A stretch of 64,000 nt of DNA from Halobacteriales archaeon QS_5_70_17 (GTDB lineage: Archaea > Halobacteriota > Halobacteria > Halobacteriales > Haloarculaceae). The translations under genes were made by a program, and so were the position numbers. The notes under the pieces were generated by a model. It was not told the origin of the DNA. It saw only the letters and a list, made by a program, of their open reading frames with translations, and did no database searches. The DNA lies in the NCBI GenBank assembly GCA_003021975.1, contig PXRR01000017.1, forward strand, positions 6,856 through 70,855, read 5' to 3'. Positions 51,763-61,325 of the stretch are shown in pieces (within the stretch, counting starts at the first letter, position 1; each line of letters begins with the position of its first letter).

Positions 51763-52133
51763 AGGCCGTCCGGGTCGGGCGCGAACCGGACGCGGTCGTC
51801 GACGGTCGGCCCGAGCGCGAGTTCGACGGTACCGTCGTCGAGCGGTCGCCCCCCCTCGACCGGGACACCCCAAGAGGCGAATCGGAGGTAGCCCCTGATG
51901 TCGTCGGCGTGAGTGTAGAGGTCGAGGTACTCGAGGTCGTGTTCCTGGATTCCGCCGGCGCTGTGGGCCCGGTCCATGTCGGAGTAGACGACCGACAGCC
52001 CCTCGAAGAATTCGAGCAGGGCGTCGGCGTCCTCCCGGGTCAGCTCGGTCACCCGGTCGCTGACCTCGCGCAGTTGCTCGGTGGAGAGGCCGACTTCCCG
52101 GAGCGCGGCCTGGGTCCGCTGGTCGAAGTGCAT
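51759..52133 (-). CDS. Conserved haloarchaeal protein (DUF7532-like), translationally coupled to FAU-1
   Basis: MHFDQRTQAALREVG...RGYLRFASWGVPVEGGR; ATGA overlap. Confidence 0.82.
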   Translation of the reverse strand: MHFDQRTQAALREVGLSTEQLREVSDRVTELTREDADALLEFFEGLSVVYSDMDRAHSAGGIQEHDLEYLDLYTHADDIRGYLRFASWGVPVEGGRPLDDGTVELALGPTVDDRVRFAPDPDGL

Positions 52134-52221
52134 GGCCGCGCTTCGCGGCCGCCCGTCGAAAAGGCCACGGTGCGCGCCGGAGGGGCTAGACTTAGGGGTT
52201 TCCTCGTTCTCGGTGTCTCCC

Positions 52222-53256
52222 ATGAGGCAACGAGACCCGGTGGAGGCGCGGGCGGACAGCTCGCGCGACCTATACGACATCGCGACGTGGGAACCGCGGA
52301 GCCGGCTCGACCGACTGTCCGGGCGGGTCTACGGTGGCGTCGTCCGCGTCGCCCGCTATCTCGTCTACCTCCTCGCGCTGTTGATCACCATCGGCATCGT
52401 GGCCCAGACCGTCTCGGCGGCCGTCGAGTTCGTCAGTTTCCCCGTTCTCGGCGTGCTGACCGGGCTGTCGGCGATCCCGGCGCTGGCGCTCGCGGCGTAC
52501 GTCTACGTGACCGACGTCACGACCGACGAGCCGCTGTCGCTGCTGGTCGCCACGTTCATCCTCAGCGTACTGTTCGCCGGGTTCGCGGCCATCGTCAACT
52601 CGGCGTTCGGCTTCATCCAGATGTTCGGCCCGATCGGCTACGTCGCCTTCTTCTTCGTGGTCGTCGCGCCCGTCGAGGAGTCGGTCAAGCTCCTGTCAGT
52701 GCGGCTGTACGCCTACCGCGACGACCGCTTCAACGCCGTCATCGACGGCGCGGTCTACGGTGCGGTCGCCGGCCTCGGGTTCGCCACCATCGAGAACGGC
52801 ATCTACATCTCCCGGGGCGTGCTCAACTCCACGCAGGCCATGGGGCCGGGCTACCTCGCCCAACTGGGCGCCGCCGGCGGCACGACGGCCGTCCGGGCGC
52901 TCGCCGGCCCGGGGCACGTCATCTACTCGGCGTTCGCGGGCTACTACCTCGGGCTGGCGAAGTTCAACCCCGACCGCGCCGGCCCCATCGTCGCGAAGGG
53001 GATCCTCATCGCGGCGTTCATCCACGCGCTGTACAACACCCTCGCGACAGTCGGGCTGCCGGTCCTGACGGCGGTCTTCCCCGACGTCCCGCAGTTGCTC
53101 CTGTTCCTCGGGTTCGTCGTCGTCTACCAGGGCTTCTTCGGGTACCTGCTCTACCGGAAGCTCCGGCGCTACGCGCGGGCGTACAGGGCCGTGCGCAGCG
53201 ACGCCGAGCGGACCGGGGGCGACATCGACGTCGAGTCGACCGAGTTCGACGGGTGA
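52222..53256 (+). CDS. PrsW family intramembrane metalloprotease
   Basis: PVEESVK, GLGFATIEN, GH, HALYN. Confidence 0.92.
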   Translation: MRQRDPVEARADSSRDLYDIATWEPRSRLDRLSGRVYGGVVRVARYLVYLLALLITIGIVAQTVSAAVEFVSFPVLGVLTGLSAIPALALAAYVYVTDVTTDEPLSLLVATFILSVLFAGFAAIVNSAFGFIQMFGPIGYVAFFFVVVAPVEESVKLLSVRLYAYRDDRFNAVIDGAVYGAVAGLGFATIENGIYISRGVLNSTQAMGPGYLAQLGAAGGTTAVRALAGPGHVIYSAFAGYYLGLAKFNPDRAGPIVAKGILIAAFIHALYNTLATVGLPVLTAVFPDVPQLLLFLGFVVVYQGFFGYLLYRKLRRYARAYRAVRSDAERTGGDIDVESTEFDG

Positions 53257-53301
53257 GCGCGCGCCGTTCGATCGCGCGCTCCCTCGGGCGTCGTCGTCCG
53301 G

Positions 53302-53943
53302 TCACTCGCTCGCTCCGTTCTCCTCTCGACGGGCGTAGGGCGCCTGGGGATCGCCGCCGCCGGCCGCGAGCAGTCGCTCGACGTACTTCGCGATCACGTC
53401 GACCTCCAGGTGGACCGGGTCGCCGACGGCCTTCTCCGAGAGGTTCGTCAGGTCGTAGGTCGCCGGGATGACCGCGACGGCGAACTCGTCGGCGGCGAGG
53501 TCGGCGACGGTCAGCGAGATCCCGTCGACGGTGATCGATCCCTTCTCGACGACGTACTGCGCGAGGTCGCCGGGCAGCGAGAAGGCGAACTCCCAGTCGT
53601 CGCCCACGCGCTCGATCCGGGTCACCTCGGCGGTCCCGTCGACGTGACCCTGGACGACGTGGCCGTCGAAGCGGCCGTCGGCCGGCAGCGCTCGCTCGAG
53701 GTTCACCCGGTCGCCGACCGCGAGGTCGTCGAGGTAGGTCCGCGCGAGCGTCTCCGCCGAGAGGAACAGTTCGAAGCCGTCGGCGTCGCCGCCCTCGACG
53801 GTGAGGCAGGCGCCGCTGACGCTGACGCTCTCGCCGTGGGCCAGTTCGTCGGCGAACCCGCAGGCCACGCGGACGCGCGTGCCGTCCGCTCCCTCGCGCA
53901 CCTCGCGCACCTCGCCGGTCGTCTCGACGATGCCGGTGAACAT
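53302..53943 (-). CDS. ribE: Riboflavin synthase (bacterial-type alpha chain)
   Basis: MFTGIVE, SGACLTV, VNLERAL, GHVVQGHVD, KGSITVDGISLTV. Confidence 0.95.
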   Translation of the reverse strand: MFTGIVETTGEVREVREGADGTRVRVACGFADELAHGESVSVSGACLTVEGGDADGFELFLSAETLARTYLDDLAVGDRVNLERALPADGRFDGHVVQGHVDGTAEVTRIERVGDDWEFAFSLPGDLAQYVVEKGSITVDGISLTVADLAADEFAVAVIPATYDLTNLSEKAVGDPVHLEVDVIAKYVERLLAAGGGDPQAPYARREENGASE

Positions 53944-54030
53944 GCCCGGCGGTAGGTGGGGCGGCGTGCAAAGGGTTGCGTTCCGGGCGCGGAGCGCGTG
54001 GCTTTTCACCGCTGCCGGGAAACGGGAGGT

Positions 54031-54273
54031 ATGGCCCGCGGGATCGTCGGAACCCTCCAGTTGCTCGGGACGGTGGTGCTCGCCGCGCCGCTGGCGCTGC
54101 TCGGCGTCCAGTTCCTCCTCTCGGGGCGGGAGCTCACCGGTGCCCTCTTCGTCGTGCTCGCGGCCGCGATGATCGCCCTCGAAGAGTACCTCACCACCCC
54201 CCAGGACGTGCCCGCGAAAGCCGCCGAGCGGGCGGTCGGGAGCGTCGTCGACGACGACGATCCGGACCGGTAG
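54031..54273 (+). CDS. Small membrane protein (DUF7533-like)
   Basis: Two TM segments, EEYLTTPQD. Confidence 0.75.
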   Translation: MARGIVGTLQLLGTVVLAAPLALLGVQFLLSGRELTGALFVVLAAAMIALEEYLTTPQDVPAKAAERAVGSVVDDDDPDR

Positions 54274-54283
54274 CCGCCGCTCC

Positions 54284-54724
54284 TCACGCCCCGCTCTCGT
54301 CCTCCTCCATCCGGACCGTGAGCACGGGCACGTCGGCGCTGCGGACCACCTTCTCGGTGACGCTGCCCAGCAGGTACCGTTCGAGACCGCGCCGGCCGTG
54401 GGTCGCCATCACCACGAGGTCGATCCCGTTGGCGTCAGCGTACTCGAGGATCGCCTCGTGGGGATCCCCCCGGATCACCTGGCCGACGACTGCGATCCCG
54501 CGGTCGTCGACGCGGTCAGTCGTCGCCTCGACGACCGACTGTCCCTCGGTCTCGAGTTGCTCGGCGACCTCGTTGCCGACCGTCGCCATCCCCCGGGTGT
54601 CCGTGTCGACGACGTAGAACACGTGCAGGGTCGCGTCGTAGGTCACCGCCAGGTCGACCGCGTGATCGAGGGCGGCCTCGGCCCCGTCGCTCCCGTCCGT
54701 CGGAAAGAGGATGTGGTCGTACAC
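54284..54724 (-). CDS. Universal stress protein (UspA family)
   Basis: YDHILFPTDGS, DLVVMATHGRRG..RYLLGSVTEKVVR. Confidence 0.93.
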   Translation of the reverse strand: MYDHILFPTDGSDGAEAALDHAVDLAVTYDATLHVFYVVDTDTRGMATVGNEVAEQLETEGQSVVEATTDRVDDRGIAVVGQVIRGDPHEAILEYADANGIDLVVMATHGRRGLERYLLGSVTEKVVRSADVPVLTVRMEEDESGA

Positions 54725-54809
54725 ACCCCCGCTAGCCGGGGGCACGATCATAGCACTGTCGGGGGTTACAGGTCGGAATCCGCCGCTCGGCCGGGAGAGT
54801 CGCGGGGCG

Positions 54810-56651
54810 TCAGTTCGCGGCGAGGGGTTCCTGAGCCTGCGCGATGAGGTCGTCCAGGGGCAGCCCGGTCGGCTCGTTGTGCAGGAGGACGTCGATGGGG
54901 AGGGTGGGCGCGCCGTCGACGAGGTTCTCCAGCAGGACGAGCCGTTCCCGCGCCCGGGACATCCCGACGTAGAACACCCGGCGCTCGTTGTCTGTCAGCG
55001 TCGGCACCGGGTCCGTGTGCTTGGTGAACTCGTCGACGTCCCCGACCTCGCTGCCCCCGTCCGTGCGGTCTTGGAGGCTGGCGGCCATCTGCTCGACGAC
55101 CTTCTCGGTGAGGTCGGTGGCGACGAACACGTGATCGGCCTCGCGGCCCTTCGCGGAGTGGATCGTCCCCACGCGGACCCGGGAGGGGTCGACGTGCTGG
55201 TAGTCCCCGGAGAAGTACGCCTCGATCGAGCGGGTCTGGTAGTTGGTCACCTTCCGGATCATGTCGCCGGCGCTGGCCGGATCGGGCGTGAACGGGGCGT
55301 GGTCCTTGACGAACGCGGGGCCGACCTCCAGTTCGCGGAGGTCGTCGACGCCGGCCTCCTCCTGGCGGTCGTCGATGGCGTCGAAGAGGTCGTCGCGCTG
55401 GCCGGTGCCGAAGGCCGCTGAGTCGAGCATCTCCGCGAGCCGCCGGGCCTGCAGGCCGTCGATCGGTTCGCCGTCGTGGAGCGCCTCGACGGCGTCGATG
55501 TAGTCGATCAACCGGTCGGTCCACATCCGCTGGTCGGTCAGCGCCCGGAACGGGATCCCGTAGTCGATGAACTCGTCCATGAACTGGAACATCTGGTAGC
55601 GCGCCCGGAACAGCACCATCACGTCGCCGTCCTCGTCCTGTTCGACGGTCGCGCGGATGTTGCGCACGAGGTCGTACATCGAGGGCGACCGGACGGCCTC
55701 GACGCGCCCGCCCTCGGTCCGGGGCCGGAAGTCCTTCTCCTGGCGCTCGCGGACGTGGGCGATCTCCCGGTTGACGACGTTGAGAATCCGGGAGGGGAGC
55801 CGGTAGGAGGTGTCGAGGATCACGTCGTCGCCTTCCTCGTCGAGCAGGAGGCTCGGGTCCGCGCCCTGCCAGGCGTAGACGACCTGGTCGTCGTCGCCCG
55901 CGATCAGCGCCCGCTTCATGTGGGGCTTCCACTCGTCGTAGACCTCGTACTGCAGGGTCGTGATGTCCTGGAACTCGTCGATGACGAGGTAGTCGACGTT
56001 CGGGAGCAGCGAGCGCTGCTTGACCCGTTCGAGCATGTCGGCGAAGCCGATCACGCCCTGCTCGCCCTTGTAGCTCCGCCAGGCGCGGATCGCCTCGGGG
56101 ACGTCGAGGCGGTCGTCGCTGGAGGGCCAGGTCGGCGTGTACTTGTTGCCGGTCTGGGACTCGGGGTCGATCTCGGGGGGGAGGCGCACCTCGTCGACGT
56201 TCCACTGGAAGGGGACGTCGTACCAGTCGGCGACGTCGCGGCGGGTGCGCTGGAGCCACTGGCTGGTCGCGATGATCTTGTTGCCCATCGTCGTCGACCG
56301 GGAGGAGCGGCGCCGGGAGGCCTCGTACTCGTCCTCGAACTCGAGGCCGTAGTCCTCGCAGAACTCCTTCTTCTGTTTCTCGCCGACGACGTCCCCCCGC
56401 GAGAGGTCGAGCAACTCGTAGGCCTTCGCGTGCATCGTACAGACGTTCCCCCGCAGCGACCGCGGGTTCTCGTCGAGGCGCTCGGCGAGGCGCTCGCGGA
56501 TCTCGGCGGCGGCCGCACGGGTGTACGAGACGACGAGGACGTCGTCGACCGCGACGCCGTCGTCGAGCAGTCCGTCCACGCGGTCGAGAAGTGCCGTCGT
56601 CTTCCCGCAACCGGGGCCCCCGAACAGTCGGGTGACCTGCGCGTCAGTCAT
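54810..56651 (-). CDS. UvrD/REP family ATP-dependent helicase
   Basis: GGPGCGKTT, IDEFQD, GDDDQVVY, TIHSAKGRE, RRVFYVGMSRAR. Confidence 0.93.
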   Translation of the reverse strand: MTDAQVTRLFGGPGCGKTTALLDRVDGLLDDGVAVDDVLVVSYTRAAAAEIRERLAERLDENPRSLRGNVCTMHAKAYELLDLSRGDVVGEKQKKEFCEDYGLEFEDEYEASRRRSSRSTTMGNKIIATSQWLQRTRRDVADWYDVPFQWNVDEVRLPPEIDPESQTGNKYTPTWPSSDDRLDVPEAIRAWRSYKGEQGVIGFADMLERVKQRSLLPNVDYLVIDEFQDITTLQYEVYDEWKPHMKRALIAGDDDQVVYAWQGADPSLLLDEEGDDVILDTSYRLPSRILNVVNREIAHVRERQEKDFRPRTEGGRVEAVRSPSMYDLVRNIRATVEQDEDGDVMVLFRARYQMFQFMDEFIDYGIPFRALTDQRMWTDRLIDYIDAVEALHDGEPIDGLQARRLAEMLDSAAFGTGQRDDLFDAIDDRQEEAGVDDLRELEVGPAFVKDHAPFTPDPASAGDMIRKVTNYQTRSIEAYFSGDYQHVDPSRVRVGTIHSAKGREADHVFVATDLTEKVVEQMAASLQDRTDGGSEVGDVDEFTKHTDPVPTLTDNERRVFYVGMSRARERLVLLENLVDGAPTLPIDVLLHNEPTGLPLDDLIAQAQEPLAAN

Positions 56652-56721
56652 TAGGGGTCGAAAGGCTCCCTCCGGTATAAGTAACGTGGGTTACCTGCCG
56701 AAAACGCGCGCGCGGCAACCG

Positions 56722-56886
56722 CTACGGCGACCAGCCGCAGACGCTACACTCCATCGCCGACATGTCGTGGAGTCCCATGCACTCGGGACACTGCTTCTTG
56801 TTATACTCCGTCTCCCAGCCCGGCGCCTCCGTTCTGTGCCCCCGTTCCGAGAGGAACTCGTCGAACATGTCGCCGTTGGTAGCCAT
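56722..56886 (-). CDS. CPxCG-type zinc-finger microprotein (HVO_0416-like)
   Basis: MFDEFLSERGH...YNKKQCPECMGLH...CSVCGW. Confidence 0.85.
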   Translation of the reverse strand: MATNGDMFDEFLSERGHRTEAPGWETEYNKKQCPECMGLHDMSAMECSVCGWSP

Positions 56887-57129
56887 ACAGGTATGATAAT
56901 GCACACCATAGTTGATAAAGCTACTGTTACCCCGCAGTCTTTGTGAGAACTGGAGAGAATCCGCCGTCGGGAAAACGTCCGTCCAGGGATCCGGGATCGT
57001 TCCGCCCCCGGACGGCCGACGGAAGAACCGACCTCGGGGCCGAGGCACCGACTGGATCGGCCGGGCGGAGACCGGAACCGATCGACTGCGGCGGGAAGCG
57101 CGTGTCCCCGGTCCCCAGGACTGCGGGCG

Positions 57130-58950
57130 CTACGCCAGGAAGAAGATCAGCGCGGTCAGCCCCGTCACGCCGGCGACGAAGGCGGCCGCCAGCACGCCGC
57201 CCATCGAGATCATGGCGTTGGCGTGACTGGCGAGGGTCTCGGTACGGTCGTTGCCGAACACCGTCACCGTCGCGTGCTCGGTGGCCATCCCCGCCTCGAC
57301 GGGTTCGAGGTCCTCTCGGGCCTCGCCGACGAGGTCGACGATCAGCGACTCCAGCGCGGCGCAGTCGATGGCGGCGCCGACCTGGTTGTCCGCGTCGACG
57401 GTGTTGACGACGTGGGTGTCGGTGGTCATCACCTCGGCGCGGTCGACGCCGGTCGCGCGGGCGGCCTCCACGAGGCGGTCGCGCAGTCCGGGTTCCATGT
57501 TGTTGCCGTCGACGAGCACGTACGCCGTCTCCTCGCCACCGACGGCGGTGACGGCTACCCGGACCCCGAGCGGACCGATCCCCTCTCGGGGCGTCCAGTC
57601 GGTGCGGTCCCAGGCGACGCCCAGACGGAGCGGATCCGGGGCGGCGGCGGCCAGTTCCCGGCCGGCCGCACGGGCCGCGCGGATCATCGCGAACGACCGC
57701 TCGCTGCCGGGCGTGACGTGGCCCAGGTCCTCTCCGGCCAGTCCGTCGTTGCTGTTGTGCGCGTCGACGAGCATCGCCTCCTCGAGGCCGGGGGCGTAGC
57801 TCGCGACGGCCAGCGCGGCGCCGCCGAACGCCTGCCCGAGCACCGTCGCCTCGTCGACGGACGCGCGGACGCTCGGCGTCGCCTCGGCGTCGTACTCGAC
57901 GCGGTCGTAGGCCCGCTCGGCGACCTCGAGGACGGTGTCGACCTCCCGCTCGGTGACGAGGTTGAAGTCGTGGCCGGCGGTGGCGTGGGGGGGAAAGCCC
58001 AGCCCGTCGGTCGACCGGGCGACGCGCTCGGGGAGGTTGCCGCCGCCGATCTCGCCCATCGGTCCCGGGTGGATCATCGGGAGGACGAACCGGGCCTTCT
58101 CGTCGCCGGCCTCGCGGCGGAAGGAGAGCACGGTGACGGGGACGACCGCCTCCTCGCCTAGCTGCTCGAAGAAGTCCTCCAGTTCCCGGGACCCCTCGGC
58201 GATGTGGCCGACGAACCCCCGGGCGAAGTCGAGCACGCTCACCCCGAGGCTGCGCTTCCAGGGCTGGTCGATGGTGACGATAAACACCTGCACCGCGACG
58301 GCGTACAGCACACAGAGCCCGGCCAGCAGCAGGAAGTCCGCGGGGGCGATGATCGACAGCGCCGGCGGGGCCTGCTCGGGTCGCGAGAGATACGACCGGA
58401 CCAGCGGCCCGCCGATTTCCAGATAGCGCATCGTCCCGCTGTAGACGAACAGCAGGGCGGCCCCGGCGACGGTCTGGATGCTCGCGGTCGGGACGGCCAA
58501 CAGCAGCGACTTCCGGGAGACCGCCATCACGACCAGCAGGCGGACGGCGAAGACGCTCGCCAGCGCGAACAGAAGCGAGTCGAAGACGAACTGCTGGCCG
58601 ACCGGCGGGACCTGTCGGAGCGGCCCGGAGACCATCACCGCCAGGCCGGCGAGCACCATCACGCCCACGGTGAGCAGTTCACAGAGCAGCGCCAGCAGCG
58701 ACGCCCGGTTGGGAGTGAGCTGACCGCCCAGCCGCCGGTCGATCCAGGGGGTCAGCGCGCTCGCGACCACGGTCGGCACCCCGATGAAGAACACGCCCTG
58801 CCAGGCGTCCTCGAGGACGAACCGCGACTCGAAGGCCGCGATCCCTGCGATCGCGGCGATGACGAGCGCGAACCCGACGCTCGCGTACCAGCTCGGCGCG
58901 CGGAAGATGTACCGCGAGAGGCTCGCGAGGTCCCCCTGGGTCGTCGTCAT
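57130..58950 (-). CDS. DUF2070 family membrane protein (possible short in-frame deletion)
   Basis: N-terminal TMs, IHPGPMGEIGGGNLP, HDFNLV, VDAHN, DGNN, TTDTH. Confidence 0.9.
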   Translation of the reverse strand: MTTTQGDLASLSRYIFRAPSWYASVGFALVIAAIAGIAAFESRFVLEDAWQGVFFIGVPTVVASALTPWIDRRLGGQLTPNRASLLALLCELLTVGVMVLAGLAVMVSGPLRQVPPVGQQFVFDSLLFALASVFAVRLLVVMAVSRKSLLLAVPTASIQTVAGAALLFVYSGTMRYLEIGGPLVRSYLSRPEQAPPALSIIAPADFLLLAGLCVLYAVAVQVFIVTIDQPWKRSLGVSVLDFARGFVGHIAEGSRELEDFFEQLGEEAVVPVTVLSFRREAGDEKARFVLPMIHPGPMGEIGGGNLPERVARSTDGLGFPPHATAGHDFNLVTEREVDTVLEVAERAYDRVEYDAEATPSVRASVDEATVLGQAFGGAALAVASYAPGLEEAMLVDAHNSNDGLAGEDLGHVTPGSERSFAMIRAARAAGRELAAAAPDPLRLGVAWDRTDWTPREGIGPLGVRVAVTAVGGEETAYVLVDGNNMEPGLRDRLVEAARATGVDRAEVMTTDTHVVNTVDADNQVGAAIDCAALESLIVDLVGEAREDLEPVEAGMATEHATVTVFGNDRTETLASHANAMISMGGVLAAAFVAGVTGLTALIFFLA

Positions 58951-58971
58951 GTTCGCGCCCGCTGGCTGCGG

Positions 58972-59526
58972 TTACGCTCGCTCACACCGCGCCCGGAAGT
59001 TCTCGAAGACCGCCTGTCCTTCCTCCGTGTGTGCGACCTCGGGGTGCCACTGGACGCCGTACAGCTCCCGGTCGACGTCGCTCATCGCCTCGACGTCGCA
59101 GACGTCGCTCGCACCGGTCCGGGTGAACCCCTCGGGGATCTGCTTCACCTCGTCGGCGTGGCTGGCCCACACGCGCGTCTCGGGGGCCAGCGGCCCGATC
59201 AGCGGATCCTCGTCGTCGAGGATGTCGACGGTCACGTCGGCGTAGCCGCCGTAGCTCCCGCCGCCGACCCGGCCGCCCAGTTCCTCGGCGATCAACTGCA
59301 TCCCGAGACAGATCCCCAGGACGGGGACGTCGAGGTCGAGGTAGTCGGCGCACCGCCCGGCCTGCTCGATGTCCGGCCCCCCCGACAGGACCAGGCCGTC
59401 GGCGTCGATCTCCTCCGGCGGCGTCGTGTTGTCAACGATCTCGGTGTCGATGCCCAGGTCCCGGAGCGTCCGACCCTCCAGGTGGGTGAACTGCCCGTGG
59501 TTGTCCACTACGACGATACGAGTCAT
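58972..59526 (-). CDS. guaAa: GMP synthase subunit A (glutamine amidotransferase)
   Basis: VDNHGQFTH, SGGP, GICLGMQ, SHADEV, QWHPEV. Confidence 0.95.
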   Translation of the reverse strand: MTRIVVVDNHGQFTHLEGRTLRDLGIDTEIVDNTTPPEEIDADGLVLSGGPDIEQAGRCADYLDLDVPVLGICLGMQLIAEELGGRVGGGSYGGYADVTVDILDDEDPLIGPLAPETRVWASHADEVKQIPEGFTRTGASDVCDVEAMSDVDRELYGVQWHPEVAHTEEGQAVFENFRARCERA

Positions 59527-59796
59527 TGCCGGACCTACAGCGGTTCCAGGGTAAAAACCCCCTGAAAACCCGCGGACTCGCCTCTCGGAGGTCGACTTCT
59601 CCCAGGAACCGGCGGATCGGTCGGCTCCGCCCGGTCAGAGCCCGTCACAGCGGGGGCTCCCCGGCACACGCAGGACGAGACCTTTCCGGTGCAGATCCGA
59701 TACGACGGCTGAAACGGCGAGGCGGCGGCTACCGGGCGACTGCGCAACGGAGCGATTCACCGTCACACGTCAGAGGAGAAGTATCAGTCAGGGGCG

Positions 59797-60639
59797 GTGG
59801 AGTCCCTCGAATCGCTGGGACTGCGGGAGTACGAGGCCAGGTGTTTCGTGGCGCTCGCTCAGCTCTCCGAGGGAACGGCGAAAGAGGTCAGCAAGGTCGC
59901 AAGCGCCCCCCGCTCGCGGGTCTACGACTCCCTCGAGAGACTCCAGGACAGGGGGCTGGTCGACGTCCGGGAGTCGAATCCCCGGAAGCACCGCGGCGTT
60001 CCGGTCGAGACGGCGGTCGGGACCCCCGAGAGCGAGTTCGACAGCCACCTCGAGACGGTCAGCGACTGCCTCGAGGAACTCCAGGTCGCCGGTCAGCGAG
60101 ACGACGACGGCTTCTGGACGGTCGCGGGCCGGGAGAACGTCACCGACCGGGGCCGGGACCTGATCCGGGGAGCCGACCGCGAGGTACTGGTCGTGCTCCC
60201 CGACGACGGGCGGATCGTCGAGCGCTCGCTGAGCTGGATCCGGACCGCCCTCGACCGGGGCGTGACCGCGTTCGTGGACGTCCCCACGAGTCAGCTGAAA
60301 TCCGAGGTCGAGACGACCGCTCCGGGCGCGCAAGTGACGGTCTCCGACCGCGAGTTCGGGCGGGGCGACGACGACACCGGACGGACGCTACTAGTCGACG
60401 ACGCGTCCGTCCTGCTCAGCACCGTCGAGCGGTCCCTGCCGACGGTCCGGGAGGAGACCGCGATCGTCTCGCGGGGCGGCGTGGGGTCGCGCATCGGCTC
60501 GATGGTCCGGGGGATCTCCCGCTCGCGGCACCGCGAGCGCGACTACCAGTACCGACCGGGACACCACCGCGAACGACTGACCCTCTCTCGACCGGCGCCC
60601 GCGCTGCGGACGCCAGTGCAAGCCGTTTATCCGTCGTAG
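59797..60639 (+). CDS. TrmB family transcriptional regulator (possibly decaying)
   Basis: LGLREYEARCFVAL, TAKEVS...PRSRVYD, TGRTLLVD; start and C-terminus atypical. Confidence 0.8.
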   Translation: MESLESLGLREYEARCFVALAQLSEGTAKEVSKVASAPRSRVYDSLERLQDRGLVDVRESNPRKHRGVPVETAVGTPESEFDSHLETVSDCLEELQVAGQRDDDGFWTVAGRENVTDRGRDLIRGADREVLVVLPDDGRIVERSLSWIRTALDRGVTAFVDVPTSQLKSEVETTAPGAQVTVSDREFGRGDDDTGRTLLVDDASVLLSTVERSLPTVREETAIVSRGGVGSRIGSMVRGISRSRHRERDYQYRPGHHRERLTLSRPAPALRTPVQAVYPS

Positions 60640-61178
60640 CGGTCGGCGGCCGACTCGAACCCGAGTTCGTCGAGCTCCCGCGATCGGCGCTGCTCCCGGG
60701 CCGCGATGGCCTCCGGGTCCGGCGCGGCGTCGTCGTCGATCCGTGCCCAGGAGCCGTGGACCTTCGCGTGACACCACCGGCAGAGGCAGATGGTGATCTC
60801 GTGGCTCGTCGACTCCCCGTCGGCGTACGAGAGGTGGTGTTCCTCCAGCAGCGGCCGGCTCCCCTCGTGGGCCATCCGGACTCCCTCCAGTCCACAGCGG
60901 GCGCACTCCCGGTCGTGGGACCGCGCCCGGAACGCCGGACAGTCGTGCCAGGACCAGTCGCCGTCCGGGTCGACGACCGGACAGGCGAAGTCGTCGGCCC
61001 GGCGCTCTCGAACGAACTCCGAGCCACCGTCGGCGCCCGGAGCGTCCCCAGGGCGGTCGCCGGCGACCCGCCGGAGGGCGTACCGGCAGCGCCCGTCGTC
61101 GGTGAGGTGATCGCACCGGTCGACGTGCTCGTAGGGGTCGTCGACGCCGACCGGCGTCCCCTCGGGCGTGTCCTCCAT
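60627..61178 (-). CDS. Cys/His-rich conserved protein (DUF7097-like; HNH-like motif)
   Basis: CDHLTDDGRCR, CARCG, LEEHHLSY, LCRWCHAKVH. Confidence 0.85.
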   Translation of the reverse strand: MEDTPEGTPVGVDDPYEHVDRCDHLTDDGRCRYALRRVAGDRPGDAPGADGGSEFVRERRADDFACPVVDPDGDWSWHDCPAFRARSHDRECARCGLEGVRMAHEGSRPLLEEHHLSYADGESTSHEITICLCRWCHAKVHGSWARIDDDAAPDPEAIAAREQRRSRELDELGFESAADRYDG

Positions 61179-61325
61179 ACTCGACCGTGTCGGCGGTCGG
61201 GTTTCAATGCTCGCCCCCTCGCTCTCCCGCCTCCGCCTCGCGTCTCGCGGCTCCCCGAGAGCGAGTGCGGTCGCGACCGCGACTGCGACCGAGCGACGGA
61301 CGGCCCCGACCGCGGGGACAGCGTT

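Noticed and set aside
48964-51873. 969-aa ORF suggesting a FAU-1 fusion
   Set aside because: Read-through after the frameshift at ~50670 into the antisense strand of the LVIVD gene.
53944-54030. Possible FMN riboswitch upstream of riboflavin synthase
   Set aside because: The gap is under 90 bp, is shared with a divergent gene, and lacks RFN motifs.
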